From Magallana gigas (lineage: Eukaryota), in contig NC_088861.1 of the NCBI RefSeq assembly GCF_963853765.1, positions 21,420,281 through 21,484,280 of the forward strand: DNA of 64,000 nucleotides. The letters run 5' to 3'. Positions within the stretch are counted from its first letter, which is position 1. Each line of letters opens with the position of its first letter. The notes beneath the pieces were generated by a model. The model had not been told where the DNA came from. It did no database searches and worked only from the letters and a program-made list of their open reading frames with translations. Position numbers and translations under genes: made by a program. Below are positions 1 to 13,258 of this stretch, one piece after another.

Positions 1-199
1 AAATTTATCCCCCAATTGTTGCCCCACCCTACCCCTGGGGACCATGATTTGAACAAACTTGAATCCCCTTTACCTAGTGGTGCTTTGTGCCAAATTTGTT
101 TAAGATCTGCCCAGTGGTTCTTGATTAGAAGATGAAAATGTGAAAAGTTTATGATGACGACAACGACGATGACTACGCCGACAACAACAGACAACGGAC

Positions 200-231
<32 letters not shown>

Positions 232-310
232 TGGCTCAGGTGAGCTAAAAAGATCCTTAACAATTGTTTATATATGGGATATAAAGCTACATCAAACTCT
301 GAACCTTCTA
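1..310 (+). mobile_element. Family-A composite element, 3' tail truncated by the window start. Ends in the hairpin AGCTCACTTGAGC..GCTCAGGTGAGCTAAAAA and is followed by an arm-like piece (GATCCTTAACAATTGTTTATATATGGGATATAAA).
   Basis: Near-identical to the tails at 1440-1644, 16810-17120, 44420-44695 and 53290-53560. A GTGAAAAGTTTA..(GACG/GACA)n block precedes the terminal palindrome. Confidence 0.6.
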
Positions 311-1203
311 AATTGTGAGGCAAAAGAATTGTCCTGGAGACAAAGTCTTAAAGCTGACATGAATTCACAAATACGCATTACTTCCCTTTTCTCTCTGACT
401 ACCGCCATATAAGTTGTCGATTTTTATGTTCTGCTCATCGCTACACACCCCCTATATAAGGCTGAGAGCCCTCGTCATGCTTCACCGCATTCAGGAATTT
501 CATACACCCGAACACCTTACCTTGGACGAAAAGACTCGTGAAACGTGTTTTGAACAAAAATAATATGACAACCACTTCACTGGCAAGATATATCCAATAA
601 ACGACGAAACAAGACAGACTGATATCCAGGCGCAGATACTTCAGAAATTCCTCGATAATTGTAGACTGTTTTCTTGTGTATGTTATAACATCGCACATGC
701 GCAAATAACACACTGTGACAGATCGAGCAATGTCAATTATCGCATGGATTTTATAAACGGGGAGTTTTTGTAGGAACGGATAGAAACGTTGTTACTTTCT
801 TGGATTTACTATCATTTAGCTACTGTGTTGGATGTAGTGTCGCCAGAGTTTTCAAGAAGATGCAGACGTTATGCACTCTGTATGAACGACACACGTGTTC
901 GATGTGCATGCTAGGTAAGGCAGCACTGTCTGTGCAAAATAATACAGATACCTTGGACATCCTTTCTAAGAATAAAATATATTTGGTTTTTCATTGATTG
1001 TTGTTTTCTTTATTCTTTATTACTACATTTTACTACATAAACAATGTGTAGTTCATGCATTTAGAAGTCCGTGCAACGTGAATGCCTCGATCGGAAAGCA
1101 ACCGACCGTAACTTTCTCAACCGGTATATATACCCCAGTGGCAGTAGAGAAGCGATCGAAACTAATATGGCGACCAAATGCTTTTATGAATTCATGTCAG
1201 CTT

Positions 1204-1515
1204 TAACAATTATAAAGAATCATCTGGCTGAATAGTTTCTGAGAAGAAGATTTTTAAAGATTTACTATATATATTCCTATGTAAAACTTTAACCACCCCC
1301 TCCCCCAATGTGGCCCCATCTTACCCCCGGGGGTCATGATTTTCACAACTTTCAATCTACACTACCTGAGGATGCTTCCACACAAGCTTTCCTGGCTTTA
1401 TGATTCTTGAGAAGAAGATTTTTGAAAATTTCTCATTAATTTTTAATTATCTCCCCTCAAAAAAGGGCATGGTCCTTAATTTTGACAACTTTGAATCCCC
1501 TTTGCCTAAGGATGA

Positions 1516-1547
<32 letters not shown>

Positions 1548-1644
1548 AGTTCTTGAGAAGATGTGAAAATGTGAAAAGTTTACAGACGACAGACAAAATA
1601 TGATAAGAAAAGCTCACTTAAACTTTCAGCTCAGGTGAGCTAAA
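1204..1644 (+). mobile_element. Family-A short copy with a 5' junction motif, about 1.3 monomers and a full 3' tail with hairpin.
   Basis: Shares TTAACAATTATAAAGAATCATCTGGCTGA..TTCTGAGAAGAAGATTTTTAAAGATTTAC with other copies. The tail ends in GCTCAGGTGAGCTAAAA. Confidence 0.65.
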
Positions 1645-3116
1645 ATATACATTATTTTTTGTCACATGTGTCTTCTGGGTTTTTTCTTCTAAAAATATGC
1701 AATTTGAGTCATTAAATTTAGGTTTGTCTATTAAATCACCTACTATAATAATAGGGCCTATTTAGCAAAACAAGCACAATGCAAAAAGGAAGCACATGCG
1801 AGCACACCATAATGCATATACCTCAGGGGTATACCACCTTAAAAAGGCTTAGTAAAGGGGCAAGGCCACAAGGCAAGCTGACAAGTACTTCAAGGTCAAC
1901 ACAGACATCGCTTTGTTCAAAATGATGTTATATTATGTAAAAGGGTAAAATGGTAGTTCTGTCTAATCTTTCACATGCTTTCGCTGCCCCCACCCCCGGG
2001 ACACCACTTAACATGACTGCTAAATGTATCGCCTTTAATTTCAATTATTTTTATGAAGTTTATAGGTGAGGTAAAATTCTATGGGGGTCAGTTTTCAACG
2101 TGTGGGGGTTGTAGATCTACAGGTAAGGAATGGTTTTCTACTGTAGAAAAAGGACCCTACTAGTCATAGAATACAATAACTGACCCTGGGTCAGTTTTCT
2201 CCGTAGAAATTTGACCCCCAGATCAATATTATACGGGAGTCACTTTTTGTCCGGTTACACCGAAACCAAATTCCAGCCTGTATATTAATAGGATACATCC
2301 ATACATCAAATCTGAGTTGGATGTGTGTAACGGTTTATAGATAATGATTTATAATGATCGGAAAGTGAATGATGACGGAATGATGGAATGTTAGAATTTA
2401 ATGGCAGGGGCATAAAAAGTGTGCACTGTGAACTTAAAATGTGACTAAACCTCATAATATTATCTCATTTTGTAGATCAGATATAAACTGTAATTGCCAA
2501 CATTAAAATAACTACCTCAAAATGATTGTTAAATGCCACTTGTATTCTTAAACGTGCATGGTCTGATGTTTCCACCTGCATAACAAGAATTCATCTCATT
2601 AACACATTTCAAAGTTAAAAAGACATTTCAAAACATATATTGAAAGTTTTCCACATTTTTTTGTTTGGAAAATCGTGTTCAAAATGAAGTTTGTTTTAAA
2701 TAAACATGTACCTCTAAAATATCTGTTATGAAGTCAGGTCCCAACATAAGACAAAGGGTTTTCAATGAATTGGATCTTTTTGGTTTACCAGCTAAAATGA
2801 AAACAATTTATTTTGTTATCTCCATGTAAATCATTATGAGAGAAATTGCAGGAACTAAGCAAAATCATTATGAAAGAAATTGCAGAAACAAAGCAAAAAG
2901 AAAGGGAAGGGCAAATCGCCCCCCCCCCCCCCCCAAAAAAAAATCAGAATTCAATAAGAAATAAACATTCAAATATGCATTTTGTTATTTTAGAATTGCC
3001 GATTTGAAATAATTTAGGGATCATTTCTACAATATTATGAACGCCTAGTTAGGTAAAGATCTAGTTAATGAATTTAAACTGTCTTTTTGGTGCTAGATCC
3101 CCCCCCCCCCCCCCCC

Positions 3117-3312
3117 CCCTTGTAGCCAAACCTACCTCCGGGGATCTGATTTTTACAACTTTGAATCTACACTACGTGAGAATGCTTCCACACAAGTTTA
3201 AGCTTTCCTGGCTGAATAGATTCTTAAAAGACGATTTTTAAAGAATTACTCTATACGTTACTTTGTAAAACTTCAACATCCCCATTGTGGCCCAACCCTA
3301 ACCCGGGGATCA
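3117..3312 (+). repeat. Family-A solo monomer (~165 bp unit) preceded by a C21 tract.
   Basis: Contains the GATTTTTACAACTTTGAATCTACACTAC.TGAG.ATGCTTCCACACAAGTTT motif shared by all family-A monomers. Confidence 0.6.
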
Positions 3313-3464
3313 CGCAGCAATGTTAAGGCGTCCCGATGCTAAAATACGGCTTGAAAACGATATTATTTGAATCATCACAAAAAAACTTTGACCGGGAGTA
3401 TTTCTTAAAATCTATGTTACGTTTATTGACACCGATGTTAAACATTATTATTTGATGCATTTTG

Positions 3465-4135
3465 TGACGTCATATGTTCTTTGTAATCACGTGACGGGCG
3501 AATCCTAGTATTGCAAATGATCTTTTTAAATCGCATCGGCGCAGGTGATCAATGACATTAAATCAAACATATTTTTAAGAAAAATTCTTTGTTAAGTCAT
3601 ATACTTTGAAGTTATTGCTCAGGAAAGAAATAGATATTTTGTTTATCGAAGATATTGTTAAAACATTCCAGAAAATCATCAAAATAATGCACATTTTTAC
3701 TAATCAAAAGCGATTTACAAAAAATTGGGGTTAATCCGTAGGTTTCCGTAGCACAATTCACATTGGTACTTATATTCTCTACCAATTTTACGTAAAATAT
3801 TCTAAAATTATGTTGATCTTTCACCTGCGCCAAGCTGTTTTTACATGCATTAAAATTTCTTTATTCAGTTGTTTACACGTAGCAGGGAGAGTCTCCAAAC
3901 CACTAGTTTATAAATTGTCTTTTACTTATAACGAAGCTTTACAACTGCCGATTATTTGATACTGGTTTTTAATATGAATGAATTCTGTACGTCCAGCATT
4001 AACGGCGGCATCTATGTAAAGGAAACATGCGGTTTTATAGTGGTTTGATGTAATTCACTTTTAACGTTGAGATACATTCCCTGGGAACTATCGACAGGAA
4101 TGCAGATCGTGACGTCAAAGTTAATTATGACGTCA
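3465..4135. promoter_or_regulatory. Cluster of three perfect CRE palindromes (TGACGTCA at 3465-3472, 4110-4117 and 4128-4135) plus an E-box CACGTG (3488-3493), in a unique island between family-A arrays.
   Basis: Exact 8-bp palindromes read directly from the sequence. Only about one is expected by chance in 64 kb of this base composition. Confidence 0.3.
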
Positions 4136-4206
4136 TATCGTATGAAGTACAGACAAGTGACTTTCTACACATCGCTGTAAAATCCATCGGGAAGCCTTAA
4201 CATACC

Positions 4207-5590
4207 CGCGCAAGATTTTTACAACTTTGAATCTACACTACCTAAGGATGCTTCCAAGTTTCAGCTTTCCTAGTTTCTTAGAAGAGGATTTTTAAAGATT
4301 TACTCTACATATTCCTAATAAGTATGTTAAACTTCAACACCCCCATTGTGGCCCAACCCTAACCCGGGGATCAAGATTTTTACAACTTTGAATCTACACT
4401 ACCTGAGGATGCTTCCACACAAGTTTCAGCTTTCCTAGTTTCTGAGAAGAAGATTTTTAAAGATTTACAATATATATTCCTATGTAAAACTTCAACCCAA
4501 CCCCCCCCCCCCCCCCCCCAATTGTGTTCCACCCTACCTCTGGGGATCATGATTTTAACAACTTTGAATCTACACTACCTGAGGATGCTCCCACACAAGT
4601 TTCAGCTTTCCTGGTAAAATGGTTCTTGAGGAGAAGATTTTTAAGGAGTTACTCTATATATTCCTTTGTAAAACTTTGACCCCACCCCATTGTGGCCCCA
4701 CCCTACCCCCACGGTCAGCTTTCCTGGCTGATTAGTTTCTGAGAAGAAAAGATTACTCTATATATTTTTCCATGTAAAACTTAACCCCCCCCCCCCATTG
4801 TTGCCCCACCCTATTCCCGGGGGTCATGGTTTTCACGACCTCCTGAGAATTCTTCCACACAAGTTTCAGCTTTTCTAGCCAATTGGTTTCTGAGAAGATT
4901 TTCACAGATTTACTCTATAAATTCCTATGTAAAAATCGATCTCCAATTTTGGCCTCACCCTACCCCTGGGGGTCATGATTTTTTTCAACTTTATATCTAA
5001 ACTACCCGAGAACTCTTCCACACAAGTTTCAGCTTTCCTGGCTGACTAGTTTTTGAGATGAAAATTTTTAAAGATTTATTCTACATATTATATATCTTAA
5101 ACTTAGACCACCACCATTGTGGCCCAACCCTACACCTCGGGGATCATGATGTTATCAACTTTAAATCTACACTCCCTGCGGATGCTTCCACACAAGTTTG
5201 AGCTTTCCTGGCCTAATGGTTTCTGAGAAGAAGATTTCTAAAGATTTACCCTATATATTCCTTTGTAAAACTTCAACCTCCCCCCCCCCCATTGTGGCCC
5301 TACCCTACACCTTGGGGGTCATGGTGTTATCAACTTGAAGCAACACTACTTGAGGATGCTTTCACACAAGTTTTAGCTTTCCTGGCTGATTAGTTTTTGA
5401 GAAGAATATTTTTAAAGATTTACTGATCTATATATTCTTATGTAAAACTTCGACCCTCCATTGTGGCACTACTCTTTCCCCAAGGGTAATGATTTTCACA
5501 ACTTTGAATCTACACTACCTGATGATGCTTCCACACAAGTTTCAGCTTTCCTGGCCTAATGGTTTTTTAGAAGAGTTTTTGAAAATTTCT
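4207..5590 (+). repeat. Family-A tandem array, about 8.4 monomers of ~165 bp. Internal poly-C tracts of variable length (C4 to C20) lie next to the ATTGTGGCCCCACCCTACCCC motif.
   Basis: Head-to-tail periodicity read directly. The track ORFs of type MLNFD.PLWP.PTPGGHDFH are translations of these monomers. Confidence 0.85.
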
Positions 5591-5960
5591 CAATTTCTAG
5601 AGAGAGACACTGGATGAAATATCTGGTTTCAGCGCTGCGGAAACCCTTTGGAAACTCTGCGGAAACTTAAGGTTACTTTAAGTTTCCGACAGGTTTCAGC
5701 ACGGAAACTTCAAGTTTCATTAAGTTTCCGCAGTGCTGAAACTTAGGCTGTCCATGAATCCAAATGGTTTCCGCAACGGAAACTTACTGAAACTTGATGT
5801 TTCTGCATAGTTTCAATCTCCATATACGTTTGGGATACATATTGTTTACAAATGGTTTCCGCGACGGAAACTTACTGAAACTTGAAGTTTCTGCATAGTT
5901 TCAACCTCCATATACAATTGGGAAACATATTGTTTACAAAGGGTTTCCGCAACTGAAATT
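5590..5960. repeat. Family-E palindrome-rich tandem repeat (GTTTCCGC..GCGGAAAC motifs, ~125-130 bp unit), directly abutting the family-A array.
   Basis: Repeated GGTTTCCGC(A/G)(A/T)CGGAAACTTACTGAAACTTGAAGTTTCTGCATAGTTTCAA units. Related to the array at 11040-11526. Confidence 0.6.
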
Positions 5961-8900
5961 TACTGAAACTTTTTATATTTTTGCTTTCACAAAAGCTGAG
6001 CAAGGTTTCTACTTTATGTAAAAACAAAACAATTTCAAACAGTTCCAAATTTATTTTGTTCAAAAATCTGAAATTGTTTCCAATAATAAATAAAATACAG
6101 CCAAGATACAATAATGGAGAAACATCCATATGGCAATTCCCTTATTAGGGACTTTTATTTAAAAAAATGATAAAATTGCACAAGAAAAAAAACTCCCATA
6201 GAAATCTTTACATTTGTATTTTTTTTCATCTCGATTAAATGCCTATCAAATCTCCCTTTAAAAATGCATCAAAGATCTTACTTTTAAAAAAATATGAATG
6301 CAATTTACAAAATAACTGCACGTACATGAATAAACAAAGAAAACTTCACTGTTACATGAACATGATACACTTGTCTCAATTTGTTTTGAACTACAATGAA
6401 TATGTACACCATAACATATTTTTGAAAAGTCTAAAGTATCCATCTTTTAAAAAAAAAATACACTACAAGATAGTAGTTGACTATAGAGGTTTGACCCAGA
6501 TTTGATTTGAATATGTCAATAAATTCCAAAATGAGGTCAAAGTGACCCACTTACAAGTTGGGATAAACCTTTTCTTTGTTAGTAATATAATCTAATGTTT
6601 TACAATAGAACAGGATTTGATATCATTTTTTTGATAATCCATTAAGTCAAAAGTGAACTTTTCATTTCCACCCATGATGTACCAACTGATCAGATTTTAA
6701 TATCATAAGCCTGTCAGTATTTAATAGATGACCCAGAGGGAGATATGAAAAGCTTGTTGGCCAATAAAAAGCTAACAATGGAGCAGTCTGTCAAATCATG
6801 TGCAAAAATATGATGTACACATTTAATAAATTATGCTGATTGCAACACACTTCATTCCTGATGAATATTCTTCTTTACACATGGTTTACCTTCCTACATT
6901 TCACTACTTTACCTACATTAATATTTTTAAATCCAAGACATGAAGTAAAATATGCATTGTTTATATATGACAAGTATTACTACATGTACATGTACTTGCT
7001 TTTTGTAGCATGAATGTATAAAATACAAAGTATCACACAGATCATTCACCTTACAATTCTCATCAATACCAGCATTTTACTTATGATATAAAAGCTAATT
7101 CCAATTATATATTAGTTACATAACACAGTTTAAAATAAAACCCACATGGAAACAACTTTCCATCCAAGTAATTTTGTTATATAAAAATTGTAATACATGG
7201 GGTATATGTTGTCTTTATATATTTTCATATACGACATAATTGAATATTGTTTGGTGTATTTTATCATTTCTATGACCCATGCATTCATCTCCTAATGCAG
7301 TGTTTTTACATTTAAGATTGGTTTCTTAATTTTTCATATATTGCTGCAAATAAAATTCAAGTTATCAAGAAATGTTTAAACAAAGAAAATGGAAAAAAAA
7401 GTAGTTAACACTTATCAACTTGGAGGTGTGAGGATATATGTTACATGGAGTCTAATATTTTATGCAATATTTGCAAATATAACAAATTATTTAAGAAAAT
7501 GAAAGTTAATATCTGCAAGGTCTAATCAATCATTTAATAAGTCAAAACCATGTGATTTTCTAAGATTCTAGCTTACAGACAGACATTGTAATATACTGGT
7601 ATTTGATCATATAAGAAAAGTACTTTTATAGTTTATAGGTTTTTTGAAATGAGAATACTTTACAGTTAAAAAGTCTTGTTCTGCAGAGGTTTAGTCGGGT
7701 CGTAGAGATGTGTCCATTCGAATCAATAAGGAGTGTCCTTGGCTGTTGTTGATGAAACCCGAGTCGTAGTTTATGGAAATAGGCCTTTTTGGGGGACTTT
7801 CGAGCATTGTCCAGACCGGTGAAGCACTCATATGATCACATCATGGCTACAGCAGACTTAGTAGTTCTGGACAGTGGTAGCATTAAAATTCTTCTTCTTG
7901 CGATGAACTTGTTCCTCTCACTGGGCTGTACTTTATGTCTGTTCTATTTATCTTAAACATGAATAATAAAGTTTCATTTAGATTTGTAAACAATAAACAT
8001 AAGTCATTCAGCCTAACATGTAATAAAAGCATTCTGAATAAAATTCTGAATAAAGAAGCTACTATGCAGTTGCCAGTTGCTGTTTAAACTATGTCATATA
8101 ATGACTACAGTAGTATCTGGTCTCAAATGTTTCATTTTATGTTTGAAGCTATGTTATTTTCATTTTGATTCAATTATTGTCTGTTGAACAATGGAAAAAC
8201 TTATCAACAATAAGTGTGTTTCACCCCCCCCCCCCCCAATCAACCTCCTTTTCAAGAACTTAGACCTGGATTTCCCAAAAATTACTACAGTAAATTATAA
8301 ACATCCAACACATGTATAAGTTAATGGTGAAAATAATCAATTTCAAAGCAATACCTTGCGTTCACATCGTCCAGCTGGTCAAAACATTCACCCGAATCAC
8401 CGAACAGAGGATGCAACTAATCACCGGAAACATTGACTTTGTATGCTGTCAATACTGGAAAAGATAAACGTGAAAGATTTCATTTTCCGGATTTAATAAT
8501 AAATTTTTTTCGTTACATTTAGAGTTTGTAAATCGTAAAATGTGCGAAAGATTCATTGTTCGTATTGTTTACCAACCAAGCATTCATATATTAGGGACGT
8601 TTATATAATTATATATGTGTATACCCTGGATAATCTTGATCATCATGCATATAAAGTTGGTTAATGGTTAACTTGGTCAAAACGTATATTTAAAAGAGAT
8701 ACGGTAATAAAAATTAAAACGCCGAACCAAGTTTGAAAAAATGACGCCATCTTGATTTGATGGCGCGAGATCTCGTTTACAAATGAGAGATAAATTAGAG
8801 CCTTGAAAATGTTATTGGGAGTATCTATGTTGTGAATTAAGTTACCTTGACATGAGTTCTTCGTTCCTGCATTATCTCCTTGTTGTAGAGGCTATTAATG

Positions 8901-10005
8901 CTTCTCAATTCTCCATTTTACAACAGCACCTTCTTGTCCATTTTAACCTTCGCTCGGAATCATAAAGTGCGCCAATACTGACCAATCAGAACCCGCTAAA
9001 TCTTGGAAAAGTGCATCTTTGGATAGTTTAAAATGAATAATGTTTAATCAAAATTATCATTTTTTACCGAATAGTATACTTTTTACATGTATACTTATTT
9101 TAAATAAGAACTGTCGGAGTCAGTATTTCCTGGTTAAATACGACAAAGTATTGGCGTGTGTTTGTATTTGTAACACGTGATTAACCAAAAAAAAATGGCC
9201 GACCGTTTGTTTACAAATGTCTAATGAAATTAAACAAGTTTTAATGAGACATATGTATCAGATTTTGTCTTTAACTATATTAAATTATTTACATGTACTG
9301 ATGATTTTGCCAAACTAAATATGATAGAGCCATATATAGTTGACTGACAAGTAAGTCTTGACTTGTCCAATTTTCACCGCGATTCTAAGCACGGTCATAT
9401 TCTTATTCAAAATATAGAGGTGTGAAAAATATTATGTTTATCACAGAGCAGGTTCTGCATGAACACACAGAAATCACAAATATAATTAGATGCCGATCAA
9501 TTAACGGGGTCCGGTTAACAGCGTTCACCCGTACGGTGAATTTACAACTACGATGAATTGATGGCAATTATTTTACAGTTACACATGTGCACTGATTGGT
9601 CATGCGATGAACAGTACGTTAAGAATACTTATGAAATTAAGATACAAACGCGTTAAACAAGCCGGGAAGTAAGACGTACACGTCGGACTGATATATAAAC
9701 AAAATATAATTTTAATTATTTGGTATACTTTCTACATCAAATGTATACGAATGTATAATCAAATTTTAAAAATGGGATTAAAATCACGTGCACCACATGG
9801 CTAGTGCTGGATTTTAAACTGATTTTGTAATATAACGTATAACTTCAGTAAAATTATAAATAATGCTTATTATATCTTATAACAGAAACATGTGCATGTT
9901 TCATAAACATGTACATGTTTCATAAACATGTATCAATATCTGTGTTTACAGTACAGAAAGTAAATACAAAGTATAGAAATGCACGAATCACATAGGCGTC
10001 GAACC

Positions 10006-10175
10006 GGGGGGGGGGGGGGGGGGGGGTTAGTGCAAAGTTAGACTTAACCAATAGGCATATAGCCCCCCCCCCCCCCACTTTTTCTCGCCGGAAATGTAAT
10101 TGTTCCTAAATTTACCTTGAAAGATTGAGAAGTTGGAGTAATAGGCATACTAGCCCCCCCCCCCCCCCCCCCCCC
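10006..10175. repeat. Homopolymer-rich duplicated segment: G21 (10006-10026), C14 (10063-10076) and C22 (10154-10175), each next to AATAGGCATA(T/C)(T)AGC units.
   Basis: Read directly from the sequence. Confidence 0.8.
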
Positions 10176-11039
10176 ACGGATTAGGATTTTCATGATTTTG
10201 GGAATTAGGGTTTTTTCTCAATATTTCTGAGGATTAGTCCAGCCCCCCCTTTCAATTTGCTTTCGACCTCAGTGAATCATGATACAGTCATAAATTATTA
10301 TATTAGACTCAAACTCCAAGTGGGTTTTACTTGTTATTATCAACTGTAGACTTTTTTACAAAAAAATTCCTGTGTACATGTGTTGGCGTGGTATTAAAAA
10401 AGAAATAAATTAGCTCTAAACTTCAGGCTGTACGAATATTTGGTACGATTTGTAAAAATTTACAACGACTTTACCTTAATTTGTTTGCTTAATTAGTTAC
10501 TGTACCTCAGGTTCATTCAAATGATAACTAAATGATTTAAGAAGGAGTGTTACAAAATAGGTATATTAATTTTACTAAATAATTATGATTTACTTATCAG
10601 TTTTACTAACTCAGGTACACACAAATTGAAAAAAAATTCCCGCCGGGCTCCAGTTATAAACTCGCGCTTCGTACTGTGTATATGTTATGTAACAGTCTTT
10701 TGTTCACTCCTGACAGAAAAAACCCTGCAATCCACACAGAATATACAGGAAAATCACAGAGGAGGTCACCTGGACAAAGAATGTATACACATGTATACAC
10801 GTGCCCGAGTACCTAAGATTAATGATTTCATCATATGCATTAAACAAGATCGGACATCAGTTTTTCTTTTCAAATTCAATTAATTACTTAGTAAGGTTCT
10901 TAATCGCCTTATTTGCCACATTTGAAGATAGTTACATGTTTACATATAGTTTCAGTCACGATGAAACCTTACTATACATTTTAGTCTGTACGGATTCATT
11001 ATCATTAGGCTAGAATTAAACTTAAACCTGTTGAAAATA

Positions 11040-11524
11040 AATGATATCACTATTAAACTCAAATCAATTTTAGTAATAGTTTCAGCAATGCGTAAACCAT
11101 TTGGAATCTTAACTTAAAGTTTCAGCATACTGAAACCTAGCGGAAATGTTCTGAAACTGATTGATATTTCCATAATAATTTACACAACTTTTCACATGAT
11201 TCAATTTTAGTTTCCGCATTGCGGAAACCATCAGGAATCTTAACTTAAAGTTTCAGCATACTGAAACCTAGCGGAAATGTTCTGAAACTGATTGATATTT
11301 CCATAATAATTTACACAACTATTCACACGATTCAAATTTAGTTTCCGCATTGCGGAAACCATCAGGAATCTTAGACTAAAGTTTCTGCTGACTGAAACCT
11401 AACGGATACTTGCTGAATCGATATAATGGTTTCCGCATTGCGGAAACTATACATGAAACTTCAACTTCAAGTTTCAGCAAGGTTTCCATATAGTTTCAGT
11501 TTTGCTGAAACTTGATTTTTCATC

Positions 11525-11526
<2 letters not shown>
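11040..11526. repeat. Family-E tandem array, about 3.5 units of ~128 bp, carrying the GTTTCCGCATTGCGGAAACC palindrome.
   Basis: Three near-identical units: ..AGTTTCAGCATACTGAAACCTAGCGGAAATGTTCTGAAACTGATTGATATTTCCATAATAATTTACACAAC.. Confidence 0.8.

Positions 11527-11559
<33 letters not shown>
11527..11559. repeat. (GA)n microsatellite terminating the family-E array.
   Basis: Direct observation. Confidence 0.95.
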
Positions 11560-11561
<2 letters not shown>

Positions 11562-12039
11562 TAAAAATTATTTTCAAACGGGTAATAATACTGGATGATT
11601 ATTTTCAAGCTTTCAGAGAGCATGGTTGGACAGTGCATTAGTTTTAATGCATTCTTCTTTTTTTTTTTTGCTTTTAAGGGTGTATGTCTGTTCTCTATTC
11701 TAATGGAACACAGCCAAGAGAAGGGTGGTTATTGGGGGTGTTTAGCACCTCTTCAAACAATGGAATGTTTTGATACAACTTAGATTGTCCTGGGGGCAAG
11801 TAAAGTAAAGAATTCATTCAATGCACAACTAATTGAAGTAAATTTTCCAAATGATATAAAATTCTTAATAATACACTCTTAAAATGTTATGAAATTGTGT
11901 TGTTACAGCTAGTTATATTGACAATTTAAGATACAACCAAAATATCTTTATCTCAAGAATGACTTTTTCTTCTTTGGAACAATTTTTTATCAAATACCAT
12001 TCATTATTCAATTCATCACAATTTTAAAAATGAACATGC

Positions 12040-12230
12040 ATAGAAAAGCGTAGTAATGCAAAGTAATGCCATGTAATGCCAGCATTACACTAGGTTTTGG
12101 AAAGTAATGCATTACATTACCATTACTTGTAATGCTAAATTTGTGGCTTAACACATTACTAGCATTACTTTGAAAACATCAAATGCATTGCAATGCATTA
12201 CCATTACATTTAGAATTACCCCAAGCCTGC
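12040..12230. repeat. Cluster of GTAATGC / GCATTAC half-palindromes, including the perfect 12-bp palindrome GTAATGCATTAC, and (CCATTA)n.
   Basis: At least 8 occurrences of GTAATGC or its reverse complement within 190 bp. Confidence 0.6.
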
Positions 12231-12485
12231 TGTATGCAATATTTTGCCAAAAAATAACTAAGTTCAAAAGCTGGTATTTTTTTTTCATAAATTATCAGAA
12301 ATCCAAATCCTAGCAATATGCACGCTACTGATATATATGCAATTGATCTGCAAAAGAACTTCATATCCTGTAGGAGGAGTTATCCATATAATGAGGGTAC
12401 CCTTTTGGAAGCAGCCCGCCCACCCGCCATTTTCACCATTTCAATAACCGGATTTTTCCGTTGGAAAACCCGGTTAAAAATTCTC
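12225..12485 (+). mobile_element. Family-D element, truncated copy with about 1 monomer plus a 3' region ending in the hairpin AACCGGATTTTTCCGTTGGAAAACCCGGTT.
   Basis: Matches the monomers and 3' region of the copies at 20466-21130 and 21237-21725 (TATGCAATATTTTGCC..ATGAGGGTACCC..GCAGCCCGCCCACCCGCCATTTTCAC). Confidence 0.6.
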
Positions 12486-12897
12486 ATCCTCATCTTACAC
12501 CTTTCAAAAAGTCTTGAAAATCTTTGCTGCATTCACTTTCAATTTTGTTTTTAATTTTAAACATTTTCTCTCCTTTCCCTCCGCAGAGGTCTGACCAAAT
12601 CTCCCGATCTTGACACTGCCATTTTATTCTGCTCCAGACACAACATGGTGCACATGACATAGTTTCAAAGGGCAACTACTCTAATTTTAAAGTCATTTCA
12701 AAGGACAACTTCTCAACAAAAAGAACATTTACAGAGCAGTCATAGTATTAAATAATATGAAATGTTGATAAGTATGTCAAACGCAGTGCTGAATATAAAT
12801 TCTCACCAGCTGGACATAGAAATATCTCCGGCAGTCAAGTGTCCTGTTTTAACCGCTTTTTAATTAATTTTAATTACTGTTAGTAGTAACATGACAT

Positions 12898-12900
<3 letters not shown>

Positions 12901-12976
<76 letters not shown>
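12901..12976. repeat. Compound microsatellite (TA)21 followed by (TG)16.
   Basis: Direct observation. Confidence 0.95.
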
Positions 12977-12977
<1 letters not shown>

Positions 12978-13033
12978 TAACATGAATTTTTTCAAATTTG
13001 TACGGCTAAGAAGATTTTAAATCCCTTGAAATT

Positions 13034-13258
13034 TTACTTTAAAAGAAAATTTTCATTTACACCACAATAGATATTAGTTTTGCAAAGAAACCTGACTGAT
13101 TTACCACTGAGACTGAGGACATTAAAATTTTCATGTGGTCCCAATATGATTAGATCAGGACCAAACACCACTCGTGCAGTTTTCTCCAGGTAATTATAAA
13201 CTTGTACAGCTGTGTTACATGGGCAACGGTAAGTCACGACCCTTGTCTTATCTCTTCC
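13034..13258 (-). CDS. Putative terminal coding exon of a minus-strand gene. Translation: [74 protein letters not shown]. Function unknown.
   Basis: A 74-codon open frame is preceded by the acceptor GTTTATTTACAG| with a polypyrimidine tract. It is phase-0 compatible with the upstream mini-exon. Confidence 0.4.
   Translation of the reverse strand, partial: GRDKTRVVTYRCPCNTAVQVYNYLEKTARVVFGPDLIILGPHENFNVLSLSGKSVRFLCKTNIYCGVNENFLLK

Noticed and set aside
7690-7930. Coding-like GC-richer segment, a possible minus-strand terminal exon (..PSERNKFIARRRILMLPLSRTTKSAVAMM*), and a box-C-like TGATGA.
   Set aside because: The open frame is short and lacks phase linkage to any other exon. No matching box D (CTGA) or terminal stem for a C/D snoRNA. 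Insufficient evidence.
8720-9000. Promoter-like motifs (divergent GCCATCTTG / TGATGGCGCG YY1-like pair, perfect palindrome CGAGATCTCG, CCAAT box GACCAATCAG).
   Set aside because: No downstream exon or ORF could be linked to it on either strand within the window. Left as an unassigned observation.
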